A stretch of DNA of 64,000 nt from an uncultured Alphaproteobacteria bacterium (lineage in GTDB: Bacteria; Pseudomonadota; Alphaproteobacteria; CADEGL01), in contig CADEGL010000008.1 of the NCBI GenBank assembly GCA_902826885.1, positions 10,819 to 74,818 of the forward strand, given 5' to 3'. Below, in pieces: positions 19,361-28,343 of the stretch. The translations under genes were made by a program, and so were the position numbers. The notes below the pieces were generated by a model, which ran no database searches, had not been told where the DNA came from, and worked only from the letters and a program-made list of their open reading frames with translations. The stretch's first letter is position 1; each line of letters opens with the position of its first letter.

Positions 19361-20296
19361 CTAGAACGAGACCTTGTCGCCGCCCTTCAAGCCCAGCATC
19401 TGCCGTGCTTCGTCCGGCGTCGCGACCGAGAGCGACAAATCCTCGATGATGCGGCGGATCTTGGCGACCTGGGCCGCGTTCGATTCCGTCATCTGGCCCT
19501 TGCCCAGATACAGGCTATCTTCCATGCCCACGCGCACGCTGCCGCCCATGATCGCGTTCATGGTGCAGAAGGCCATCTGGTGACGCCCCGCCGCGAGGAC
19601 GGAGAAGTAGAAATCCTCGCCGAACAAGCGGTCGGCCGTGCGCCGCATGAAGACCAGATTGTCGTAATCCGGGCCGATGCCGCCCAGGATGCCAAAGATG
19701 CCCTGGATCAGGAACGGCGGCTTCACGAACCCGCGGTCGACCAGATAGGCCAGGCTGTAAAGATGGCCGACGTCGTAGCACTCGAACTCGAACTTGGTGC
19801 CGTGGCCGTCGCCCAGTTCCTTACAAATGCGTTCCATGTCGTGGAACGTGTTCTTGACCACGAAGTCCTTCGTGCTCTCGAGATACTTCTTCTCCCAGTC
19901 GTGCTTCCAATCCTTGAAGCGGTCGGCCGCTTGGAACAGGCCGAAATTCATCGAGCCCATGTTGAACGAAGTCATCTCGGGCGAGGCCGCCTTGGGTGCG
20001 GCCAGGCGTTCGTCGAGCGTCATGCCCATGCCGCCGCCCGTGGTGATGTTCACCACCGCGTTGCAGTTCTGCTTGATGCGCGGCAGGAACTCCATGAACA
20101 CGCCCGGGTCCGGCGTCGGCTTGCCGTTCTTGGGATCGCGCGCGTGCAGATGGATGATGGCTGCGCCCGCTTCCGCCGCCGCGATGGACGCCTCGGCTAC
20201 CTCGGTCGGGGTGATCGGCAGGTGCTTCGACATGGTCGGCGTGTGCACGGAGCCCGTGACCGCGCAGGTGATGATGACTTTATCGGTTTTCTTCAC
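19361..20296 (-). CDS. BKACE-family beta-keto acid cleavage enzyme (DUF849; 3-keto-5-aminohexanoate / dehydrocarnitine cleavage enzyme type)
   Basis: VIITCAVTGSVHTPTMSKHLPITPTEVAEASIAAAEAGAAIIHLHARD, and the TIM-barrel BKACE signature. Confidence 0.88.
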   Translation of the reverse strand: MKKTDKVIITCAVTGSVHTPTMSKHLPITPTEVAEASIAAAEAGAAIIHLHARDPKNGKPTPDPGVFMEFLPRIKQNCNAVVNITTGGGMGMTLDERLAAPKAASPEMTSFNMGSMNFGLFQAADRFKDWKHDWEKKYLESTKDFVVKNTFHDMERICKELGDGHGTKFEFECYDVGHLYSLAYLVDRGFVKPPFLIQGIFGILGGIGPDYDNLVFMRRTADRLFGEDFYFSVLAAGRHQMAFCTMNAIMGGSVRVGMEDSLYLGKGQMTESNAAQVAKIRRIIEDLSLSVATPDEARQMLGLKGGDKVSF

Positions 20297-20386
20297 GAAC
20301 CCCTCCCAGATTGATCCCCGAGGCCGTTCGAGCCGGCCGTTCGCGCGGAGTATGGCGCGCTGGGAAGGGGGTGGTCCAGGGGCGCG

Positions 20387-20614
20387 CTAGCCCCTGCTAT
20401 CCTTGATGCATTGGGCGACGTATTTTTCCCACTCGAAGCTCTTCAGCCCCTTGTCCGTCGCCGCGTCCTCGCAATCCGCGACGGTCCGGTCGCTGACCGT
20501 GACCGCCTGTGGATCGGCCTGCCATGGCGCGGCGTGGGATAAGGCCGTGAGCGCCAGGATCGCGCCTGATACCAAGGCCGTGCCAAGGACAGTGGATCGA
20601 ATCGGAGTTCTCAT
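20387..20614 (-). CDS. PsiF-repeat small secreted protein
   Basis: Signal peptide ...ALTALSHA. Motif C-x(5)-A-x(3)-LK-x-FE-x-EKY-x(3)-C-IK matches the PsiF repeat. Confidence 0.65.
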   Translation of the reverse strand: MRTPIRSTVLGTALVSGAILALTALSHAAPWQADPQAVTVSDRTVADCEDAATDKGLKSFEWEKYVAQCIKDSRG

Positions 20615-20821
20615 TTAATTGCTGCCCTTCGCGCAAGATTTGATGAACTTCTCGCGCTCGAAACCTTTGAGTTTCTTCGCATCCGCCGTGTCGGTGCATT
20701 CTTGAATGCGGCGGTCGCTGACCGACGTCGCGTACGGGTCCACGTGCCATGGCATGGCCTGCGCAGCCGTGGCCAGGGTCAGGCCCGGAACGATGGCAGC
20801 GAAAAACAGGGCCAGCTTCAT
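20615..20821 (-). CDS. PsiF-repeat small secreted protein (tandem paralog)
   Basis: Signal peptide MKLALFFAAIVPGLTLATAAQA. ...CTDTADAKKLKGFEREKFIKSCAK. The TAA stop abuts the ATG of the downstream paralog. Confidence 0.6.
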   Translation of the reverse strand: MKLALFFAAIVPGLTLATAAQAMPWHVDPYATSVSDRRIQECTDTADAKKLKGFEREKFIKSCAKGSN

Positions 20822-20952
20822 GACCATCCGCTCACACGCGTTATGACCCGCCGATTCTCGCAAGCGCCCCTTGGTATCGCAAGGCCCGCGAACCTAGGCA
20901 AATCCCCGCATGGGCGCTGGAGCGGCACGGCGCATTCCGCCATCATGCGGCC

Positions 20953-22635
20953 ATGATCGAATATGATTTCCTCGTCATCGGCGGCGGATCGGCGGGCGCC
21001 ACCATGGCTGGCCGTCTGTCCGAATCGGGCAGCAGCACCGTCCTCCTGGTCGAAGCAGGACCGGACACGCCGCCGGGCGGAGAGCCCAAGAGCGTCTTGG
21101 ATTCCTATCCCGGCGTGGCCTACTTCGACCCGCGCTATCACTGGTCGAAGCTGCGCGTGTTCCTGGAGCAGGGCAGCGCCATCCCGCGCCGCTTCGAGCA
21201 AGCCAAGATCATGGGTGGCGGCTCCAGCATCAACGGCACCTTCGCCATCCGCGGCCTGCCCGCCGATTACGACACATGGGCGGCGCTGGGCGCGAGCGGC
21301 TGGTCCTTCGCCGACTGCCTACCCTTCTTCAAGAAACTGGAACGCGATCTCGATTTCGACGGACCCGTGCACGGCAAGGGTGGGCCGATTCCCATCCGGC
21401 GCGTGAAGTTCGAGGACTGGCCCGGCTTTTCGCGCGCGGTCGGTGACGGGCTGAGCGGGCGCGGCGTGCCCTTCCGCCCCGATCACAACGGCACGGCGGA
21501 GGACGGATGGTTCTCCATGCCGATCAACAACGAGAACGACCATCGCGTCTCGACGGCGATGGCCTATCTGGATGCGACGGCGCGCAAGCGCCCCAATCTG
21601 CGAATCTTCGCCGAGACCATGCTGGAGCAGCTCACCTTCGACGGGAAACGCTGCACGGGCGCCGTCCTGATCCGCCCCAACGGACGCGAGACAGTGGCCG
21701 CGCGCCGGGTCATCATCTGCGCGGGCGCGCTCCATTCACCCGCCATCCTCCTGCGCGCGGGCATCGGGCCCGCTGCGGAAATCCATCAGCACGGCATTTC
21801 CGTACTGCACGAACTGCCGGGCGTCGGACGCAATCTGATGGAGCATCCGACCGTGGCCTTGGGGGCGCATTTGCGCCGCGCGGCGCGTCAGCCGCGCGGT
21901 ATGGGCCGCCACATCATGCTGGGCTGGCGCTATTCCTCCGGCCTCGAGGGCTGCACGCCCGGCGACATGCACGTCCTGGCCATCAACCGCGCGGGCTGGC
22001 ATCCGCTGGGCCGACGCCTGGGCTCTCTGATCTGCGCGTGCAACATCTCCTACTCGCGCGGCTCGGTGAGCTTGCGCTCCCGCGCGGCGGAGGACGAGCC
22101 TGCCGTTCATTTCAACTTCTTCTCCGACCGCCGCGACTTGGCGCGGCTGGTTCAGGGGATGAAGCGGATGTACACCGTGATGACCACACCGCAGGTGCAG
22201 GCTTCGGTCACCGAAATCTTCCCCACCAGCTATACCGAGAGAGCGCGCGACATCGCCATCGTCTCCGCGGGCAACTGGCTGCGCACGGCCATGGGCGCGG
22301 CACTGATCGATTCAGGCGACGCGGGACGCCGTTATATGGTTCACCGCAAGATCAGCCCGGACATCGACATCCACGCGTTAGTGCGCAACGACAAGGCATT
22401 GGAGCAATGGGTGCGCGAAAAAGCCTATGGCGGCTGGCATGCCAGCGGCACCTGCCGCATGGGCGCCGACGGCGACCCCATGGCCGTGCTGGACTCGTCG
22501 TGCCGGGTCCGCGGAATCGAGAATCTGCGCGTGGTCGACGCCTCCGCCATGCCGTCCATCCCGGCCGCCAATACCAACATCACCACCATCATGATGGCCG
22601 AGAAAGTGGCCACCATGATCCGCGCGGGCGAATGA
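20953..22635 (+). CDS. GMC-family FAD-dependent oxidoreductase (choline dehydrogenase-like)
   Basis: YDFLVIGGGSAGATMAGRLSE (FAD-binding GxGxxG), and a C-terminal GMC catalytic region ...GTCRMG... Confidence 0.9.
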   Translation: MIEYDFLVIGGGSAGATMAGRLSESGSSTVLLVEAGPDTPPGGEPKSVLDSYPGVAYFDPRYHWSKLRVFLEQGSAIPRRFEQAKIMGGGSSINGTFAIRGLPADYDTWAALGASGWSFADCLPFFKKLERDLDFDGPVHGKGGPIPIRRVKFEDWPGFSRAVGDGLSGRGVPFRPDHNGTAEDGWFSMPINNENDHRVSTAMAYLDATARKRPNLRIFAETMLEQLTFDGKRCTGAVLIRPNGRETVAARRVIICAGALHSPAILLRAGIGPAAEIHQHGISVLHELPGVGRNLMEHPTVALGAHLRRAARQPRGMGRHIMLGWRYSSGLEGCTPGDMHVLAINRAGWHPLGRRLGSLICACNISYSRGSVSLRSRAAEDEPAVHFNFFSDRRDLARLVQGMKRMYTVMTTPQVQASVTEIFPTSYTERARDIAIVSAGNWLRTAMGAALIDSGDAGRRYMVHRKISPDIDIHALVRNDKALEQWVREKAYGGWHASGTCRMGADGDPMAVLDSSCRVRGIENLRVVDASAMPSIPAANTNITTIMMAEKVATMIRAGE

Positions 22636-22639
22636 TCCC

Positions 22640-23650
22640 ATGAGGCGCCGCACCTTCCTGGCCGTCATCGCCGTGGCGCTAATGGCGGCCACCGCGATCG
22701 CGCTGGCGCCCGACTGGCGGAAAACCTTCGATCCGCTTCCGTCCTGGAACGAAGGAACCGCGAAGCACGGCATCATCAATTTCGTGCGGCGCGCCGTGAC
22801 CGAGGGTGGGCCAGACTACATCCCGCCCGACAAGCGCATCGCCACCTTCGACAACGACGGCACGCTGTGGGTAGAGCAGCCGGTCTATCCCGAGGCCGTG
22901 TTCGTCTTCGACCGCATGAAGGCGCTGGCGCCGCAACACCCGGAATGGGCAGATGTCGAGCCCTTCAAATCGGCGCTCGCGGGCGATTATGACGCCGTCG
23001 CCCGGCAAGGCGACGCGGCCTTCCAGACGCTGGCCGTCGCCGTCGGATCTGGCCTGAGCGACGCCGCCTTTGAGCAGACGATCGTCCAGTGGCTCGAGAC
23101 CGCCCGTCATCCGCGCTTCGACCGGCCCTACACGGAGCTGGCCTACCAGCCCATGCTGGAGCTCTTGTCCTATCTACGCGACAACGGCTTCAAGACCTTC
23201 ATCGTCTCCGGCGGCGGCATCGAATTCCTGCGCGCCTTCGCCGAGAAGACATACGGCATTCCGCCCGAGCAGGTGATCGGCTCGACCGTCGCCCTGTCGT
23301 TCCGGATGGACGGCGGCGTGCCGGCTCTCCTGCGTCTCGATCGCGCGACCGCGATGGACGTGGGACCAGTAAAGGCCCAGCGCATCGGAATCGTGATCGG
23401 CCGCCGCCCGGTCTTCGCGGCGGGCAACTCGGACGGCGACCTCGAGATGCTGCAATGGACGACCATGACCAGCGGCCCGCGCTTCGGCATGCTGGTGCAT
23501 CACACCGACGCCGACCGCGAATATGCCTATGACCGCGCCTCCGCCATCGGCCATCTGGCGGAGGCGCTGGATCAGGCGCCGGAGCGCGGCTGGATCGTGG
23601 TCGACATGAAACGCGACTGGCGCACGGTCTTCGGGTTCGAGAACAACTAG
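22640..23650 (+). CDS. Secreted HAD-superfamily hydrolase (phosphatase-like)
   Basis: Signal peptide. HAD motif I FDNDGTLW. ...GNSDGDLEML (motif IV). Confidence 0.75.
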   Translation: MRRRTFLAVIAVALMAATAIALAPDWRKTFDPLPSWNEGTAKHGIINFVRRAVTEGGPDYIPPDKRIATFDNDGTLWVEQPVYPEAVFVFDRMKALAPQHPEWADVEPFKSALAGDYDAVARQGDAAFQTLAVAVGSGLSDAAFEQTIVQWLETARHPRFDRPYTELAYQPMLELLSYLRDNGFKTFIVSGGGIEFLRAFAEKTYGIPPEQVIGSTVALSFRMDGGVPALLRLDRATAMDVGPVKAQRIGIVIGRRPVFAAGNSDGDLEMLQWTTMTSGPRFGMLVHHTDADREYAYDRASAIGHLAEALDQAPERGWIVVDMKRDWRTVFGFENN

Positions 23651-24420
23651 GGCTTCTTGGCCATCCGCGCCTCGGCGGGGCAGCCGGGCGAGCGCTTACG
23701 TGCGATGTATTCGTCGATGATCTCGGTATAGCGGTCGCGGCCGAAGCTGGCGTAATGCCCGCCATGAACTGCGGTCACGGGTACCTTTCGCAGCCGCTCG
23801 ACGCTGATCAGGAACTGGTCTTCGACCGTGTGATAGAGGATCAGCTTGCCGATGCCGTTGGCGCCGTTATGGACGACGTCGCCCGAAAATAGGATGCCGG
23901 TCTTTTCTTCATAGAGCGCGATCGAGCCCGGCGAATGGCCGGGGATGTGCAGCACCTCGAAGGCGCGGTCGCCGAGATCGACCACGTCGCCTTCGATCAG
24001 CGTGCGCGTCGCGGGCGCGGCCTTCACCTCGTAGTCGGCGGCCGAAAAGCCGACCGGCTTTTCGCCCTCGAACATCTCGTCGACGACATACGGATCGGCC
24101 ACGGTGTTGAGGCGCGTCGGGCGGGCCATGATTTCGGCCTCGGCGGCGTGGATATGGCGGTGACCGAATTCGAAATGGCCGCCCACATGGTCGCAATGGC
24201 TGTGGCTGCCCACGGCCAGGACGGTGCGCTCATTCAGTTCGGGGATGGAATCGAGAAGACTGACCAGGCCAAAGCCCGTGTCCACCAGCATGTCGCGGTC
24301 GCGCCCGCGCACATGCCAGATGTTGCAGCGGTAATCGGGCTTGATTCGCGCTTCCCAGAATAGGGTGACGCCATCGCCCACCGATCGGGATTGGAACCAG
24401 CCGTCCGCGTAAGAGCCCAT
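23647..24420 (-). CDS. MBL-fold metallo-hydrolase
   Basis: HSHCDHVGGH metal-binding motif. Confidence 0.85.
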   Translation of the reverse strand: MGSYADGWFQSRSVGDGVTLFWEARIKPDYRCNIWHVRGRDRDMLVDTGFGLVSLLDSIPELNERTVLAVGSHSHCDHVGGHFEFGHRHIHAAEAEIMARPTRLNTVADPYVVDEMFEGEKPVGFSAADYEVKAAPATRTLIEGDVVDLGDRAFEVLHIPGHSPGSIALYEEKTGILFSGDVVHNGANGIGKLILYHTVEDQFLISVERLRKVPVTAVHGGHYASFGRDRYTEIIDEYIARKRSPGCPAEARMAKKP

Positions 24421-24471
24421 CGCTGCCCTCCGTTTTACCGGAGGGCAGGATAGGGCGTCAGGACGCTGCGG

Positions 24472-25293
24472 TCACTCGCCCTTGAAGTTGGGCACGCGGT
24501 CGTCGAACCAGGCGTTGGTGCCCTCGATCGAGTCCTTGGAGAACGAGGCCTTGAGGTAATACTCGCTCTCGAACATCAGCACCTCGTCCAAGGGCGCTTC
24601 GGTTGCTTTGTCGATCATCTCCTTGTGGAAGCGGACGGAGATGGGCGCGCGGCTGGCGATGACGTCGGCCATTTTCTTAGCTTCCTCGCGCTCCTTGCCA
24701 ACCGGCGTCACGCGATTCACGAGGCCGATGCGGTGCGCTTCGACCGCCGGCCACCATTCGCCGAGATAGGCGATCTCACGCGCGCGCGCGATACCCACCT
24801 TCTGGGCCAGCATCTTGGTCGTGCCGTTCGTCATGGTGATGCTGAGCGTCACCTCGGGGCAGCCGAACTGCGCGTTCATCGACGCCACGACGAGATCGCA
24901 GCCGATGCAGATCTCCGTACCGCCGCCGACGCACCAGCCCTGCACAGCCGCGATCACCGGGAACGGCACCTGGCGGATCAGGCGCGTCACGCGCTGGGCC
25001 ACCTGCTGCCAAGCAAAGAGCTGCTCCTTCGAGACCGAACCGTCGGCGATGCCCTGCGAATGCTCGCGAATCTCTGTCACATCATGGCCGGCCAGGAACG
25101 ACGAGCCGTTGGCGGCAATGATCAGGCAGCGGATGTTCTTGTCCTTGCCCAGCGCCTCGATGGCGTCGCCGGCCTCTTCCCACATCACCATGGTGAAGGC
25201 GTTGGACTTCTTGGGCCGGTTGAAGATCACCCAGGCCACATGGCCTTCCTTCTTGGTGATGATCAGGCCGCTCTTGGAGGCTGTCTCGCTCAT
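24472..25293 (-). CDS. Enoyl-CoA hydratase/isomerase (crotonase) family protein
   Basis: VAWVIFNRPKKSNAF, IIAANGSSFLAGHDV, ...AAVQGWCVGGG... Confidence 0.9.
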   Translation of the reverse strand: MSETASKSGLIITKKEGHVAWVIFNRPKKSNAFTMVMWEEAGDAIEALGKDKNIRCLIIAANGSSFLAGHDVTEIREHSQGIADGSVSKEQLFAWQQVAQRVTRLIRQVPFPVIAAVQGWCVGGGTEICIGCDLVVASMNAQFGCPEVTLSITMTNGTTKMLAQKVGIARAREIAYLGEWWPAVEAHRIGLVNRVTPVGKEREEAKKMADVIASRAPISVRFHKEMIDKATEAPLDEVLMFESEYYLKASFSKDSIEGTNAWFDDRVPNFKGE

Positions 25294-25321
25294 GGCACTC
25301 TCGTTGTTCGGGTGAAAACCG

Positions 25322-26941
25322 TCATCGCTTCAGCTTGACGCCCGCCTTCTCACGGTCCCAGGTCGTGGGCGTGAGGCCGCGTTCGCGCAGCGGGAACTTC
25401 TGGATCTTGCCGGTCGGCGTCTTGGGCAGGGCGTCGATCATGTCGACGTAGCGCGGGATCATGAAATAGGCCATGCGCGGCTCGAGGAAGCGGATCAGCT
25501 CCACCGGGTCGACCGTCATGCCCTGCTTGGGCACGATCACGGCCATGACCTCCTGCTCGGTATGCACGGATTCCGCCGGGATCACCGCGCATTCCAGAAT
25601 GGCCGGATGCTTGACGATCTCCTGCTCCACCTCCATCGACGAGATGTTTTCGCCGCGGCGGCGGATGGCGTCCTTGGTGCGGTCGACGAAGTAGTAATTC
25701 CCATCCTCGTCGCGCATCAGCATGTCGCCCGTGTGATACCAGAGGTTCCGCCACGACTTGACCGTCCAGTCGGGGTGGTTCCAGTAGCCGAGCGTCATGT
25801 CCCACGGGTTCTTGGTGCGCACGCACATCTCGCCCGGCATGTTGGGCGGAACCTCCTCGTCGTTCTCGTCGACGAGGCGGACCTCGTAGCGGTCGAGGAG
25901 CGGGCGTCCGCAGGTGCGGTTGTTGACCAAATCGAAGCCCGAGCGCATGGGACAATTCTGCTCGGTGCCGCCATAGGTGGTCGAGACGCGCACGCCGAAG
26001 CGCGTCTTGAAATCCTCGACCTCGGGCAACAGCGGCACGACGATGATGCGGTCCATCGTATTGTCCGCGTCGTTCGGCAGCGGCGCCTGGCGGTAGAGGA
26101 AATTGGCCATGGCACCCAAGAGGAACGAGATCGTGGCCTTGTATTTGCGCACGTCGTTCCAGAATTCGGTCAGCGAGAAGGTGCCGGTCAAGACCGCCGT
26201 GCATTCGGCGATCATGCAGGCATAGACCACGGCCCACTGACCCGCGATGTGGAACATGGGCAAGGGCGCGTAATAGATGTCGTCCGGCTCCATCTCCAGA
26301 AGCTCGACCGCCACCACCGCGTACTCATACGCATGGGCGTGGCAGTTCATGGAGCCCTTGGACGGTCCAGTCGTGCCCGAGGTGTACATGACGCCCATGA
26401 TGTCGCGGTAAGTCGGGCCGGGTTCTTTCAGCGCCGATTCGTCTGCGTCGAACAGTTTCTCGAAGCGCAGCTCTTCCAGGCGGCCGGAAAGGCTCGCGGG
26501 TAGGCCCGGCTCCTTACCGCTGGTATCTTTGCTGTAGAGGACGAGGCGCTTCAGGTCCTTCAGGTCGCCCTGCACGAATTCGATGCGGTCGAGATACTGC
26601 CGGTCCACGATCATCGTGCGGGCCAGCGAGTCGTTCACGATGTGAGCGAAGACCGTGCCCTTGGCGTGATTGTTCACCGGCACCTCGATGGCGCCGATCT
26701 TGGCCAGCGCGCACCAGGCCAGGATGTAGTCGATCGTGTCGGGCAGCATGATCAGCACGGTGTCGCCGTGCTTGATGCCTTGCTTGAGGAAGCCGCGCGC
26801 CAGCGCGTTCGAGCGCTCGTCCATCTCGCGGTAGGAATAGGCCCGCTCCGCCGTGACGATCCACGGCTTGTCGCCAAGCTTGTCGGCGCGCCGTTTCAGC
26901 ACCTCCTTCAAGGTGCGTTCTTTCCGCGGCTCCAGGGCCAT
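25322..26941 (-). CDS. AMP-dependent synthetase/ligase (acyl-CoA ligase)
   Basis: YTSGTTGPSKG (AMP-binding motif), ...PKTPTGKIQKF. Confidence 0.9.
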   Translation of the reverse strand: MALEPRKERTLKEVLKRRADKLGDKPWIVTAERAYSYREMDERSNALARGFLKQGIKHGDTVLIMLPDTIDYILAWCALAKIGAIEVPVNNHAKGTVFAHIVNDSLARTMIVDRQYLDRIEFVQGDLKDLKRLVLYSKDTSGKEPGLPASLSGRLEELRFEKLFDADESALKEPGPTYRDIMGVMYTSGTTGPSKGSMNCHAHAYEYAVVAVELLEMEPDDIYYAPLPMFHIAGQWAVVYACMIAECTAVLTGTFSLTEFWNDVRKYKATISFLLGAMANFLYRQAPLPNDADNTMDRIIVVPLLPEVEDFKTRFGVRVSTTYGGTEQNCPMRSGFDLVNNRTCGRPLLDRYEVRLVDENDEEVPPNMPGEMCVRTKNPWDMTLGYWNHPDWTVKSWRNLWYHTGDMLMRDEDGNYYFVDRTKDAIRRRGENISSMEVEQEIVKHPAILECAVIPAESVHTEQEVMAVIVPKQGMTVDPVELIRFLEPRMAYFMIPRYVDMIDALPKTPTGKIQKFPLRERGLTPTTWDREKAGVKLKR

Positions 26942-27066
26942 CGATTCCTCCCAACCCCCGGGTCGAGAAACCGACCGGTGAGTCCGTTCCGATGTTATGG
27001 GCGAGATTTTAGCCGATCAAGTGCCCTCGGCGAACGCCGCCCAATCGCTTGGCGGGCGCCTGAGCC

Positions 27067-28341
27067 TCAGGCCAGCTTGGCCGGTTTCGGCCCGCCGGTG
27101 GCCCAGTCCAGGAGTTCGACCGTGTGAACTACGGGCAAATCCAAACCGCCCGCGATCTGGACCATGCAGCCGATATTGCCCGCGGCCACGACGCCGGCAC
27201 CCGTGCGCGTCAGATTGGCGGTCTTTCGGGCACGGAGCCGCTCGGCGATCTCGGGCTGGAGCAGGTTGTAGGTCCCGGCCGAACCGCAGCAGAGATGGGC
27301 TTCCGCCGGCTCGCGCACCTCGAACCCCGCCTCTTTCAACAACCGCTTGGGCTCATCCTTGATCCGCTGGCCGTGCTGCAGCGAGCAAGCCGAATGATAG
27401 GCCACCGTCAGCGCTTCCGGTGCCTTCGCGCCCGCCAGGCCCAACGCGGCCATCACCTCGGTCACGTCCTTGGCCAGCGAGGACACGGCACCCGCTTTGC
27501 CGGCCCAGGCCGGGTCGGCGCGCAGAAGATAACCATAGTCCTTCACCATCGTGCCGCAGCCCGAGGCGTTGACGACGATGGCATCGAGGCCGCCCCGTTC
27601 TTTCTCCGCCATCCAGGCCGTGACATTGGCCTTGATGGAGGTATCGGCGTCCTTGCCCAGATGATGGGCCAGCGCGCCGCAGCATCCCGCGCCGGACGCT
27701 ACCACCACCTCGCAGCCGTGGCGTGTGAGAAGCCGGATCGTCGCCGCGTTGATCTCGGGCGCCAGCGGCTGCTGCACGCAGCCGGCCAGCAACGCCACGC
27801 GCATGCGACGTTTACCTTGTGCCGGATAGACCTGGGGCGAAAGCGGTGCGGCCAGCGGACGCTCGGGCAAAAGCTTTTCCATGGCGCCCAACTTGCCCGG
27901 CAGCAGCTTGGCCAAGGGCCGCACGAGCAGGCCAAGCCGCGCGACCGCCGCGAAGCGCGCCGGATAAGGCAGCACCGCCGCCAGCAGCGCACGCAGCGTC
28001 CGCTCGATAAACGGACGGCGATAGGTCTTCTCGATATGGACGCGCGCCTGATCGACCAGGTGCATGTAGTTCACGCCCGACGGACAGGTAGTCATGCAGG
28101 AGAGGCACGACAGGCAGCGGTCGACATGGCGCACCACACGCTCGGTCGCTTGCTTGCCGCCCTCCAGCATGTCCTTGATCAGGTAGATGCGCCCGCGCGG
28201 GCTGTCCAACTCGTCGCCCAGCAGCACATAGGTCGGGCAGGTCGCCGTGCAGAAGCCGCAATGGACGCATTTACGCAGAATCGTGTTGGCTTCGGCCAGA
28301 TCCGGATCGCGCAGTTGCTCGGCGGTGAAGGACGTTTGCAT
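27067..28341 (-). CDS. glcF: Glycolate oxidase iron-sulfur subunit GlcF
   Basis: Two CxxCxxCxxxCP ferredoxin motifs (CVHCGFCTATCP, CLSCLSCMTTCP) and CCG domains (HLCCGSAG). The ATG lies 3 nt from the glcE stop. Confidence 0.9.
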   Translation of the reverse strand: MQTSFTAEQLRDPDLAEANTILRKCVHCGFCTATCPTYVLLGDELDSPRGRIYLIKDMLEGGKQATERVVRHVDRCLSCLSCMTTCPSGVNYMHLVDQARVHIEKTYRRPFIERTLRALLAAVLPYPARFAAVARLGLLVRPLAKLLPGKLGAMEKLLPERPLAAPLSPQVYPAQGKRRMRVALLAGCVQQPLAPEINAATIRLLTRHGCEVVVASGAGCCGALAHHLGKDADTSIKANVTAWMAEKERGGLDAIVVNASGCGTMVKDYGYLLRADPAWAGKAGAVSSLAKDVTEVMAALGLAGAKAPEALTVAYHSACSLQHGQRIKDEPKRLLKEAGFEVREPAEAHLCCGSAGTYNLLQPEIAERLRARKTANLTRTGAGVVAAGNIGCMVQIAGGLDLPVVHTVELLDWATGGPKPAKLA

Positions 28342-28343
28342 CG

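Noticed and set aside
18127-19449. 440-aa plus-strand ORF
   Set aside because: It is antisense to the 2OG oxygenase gene, which has clear catalytic motifs.
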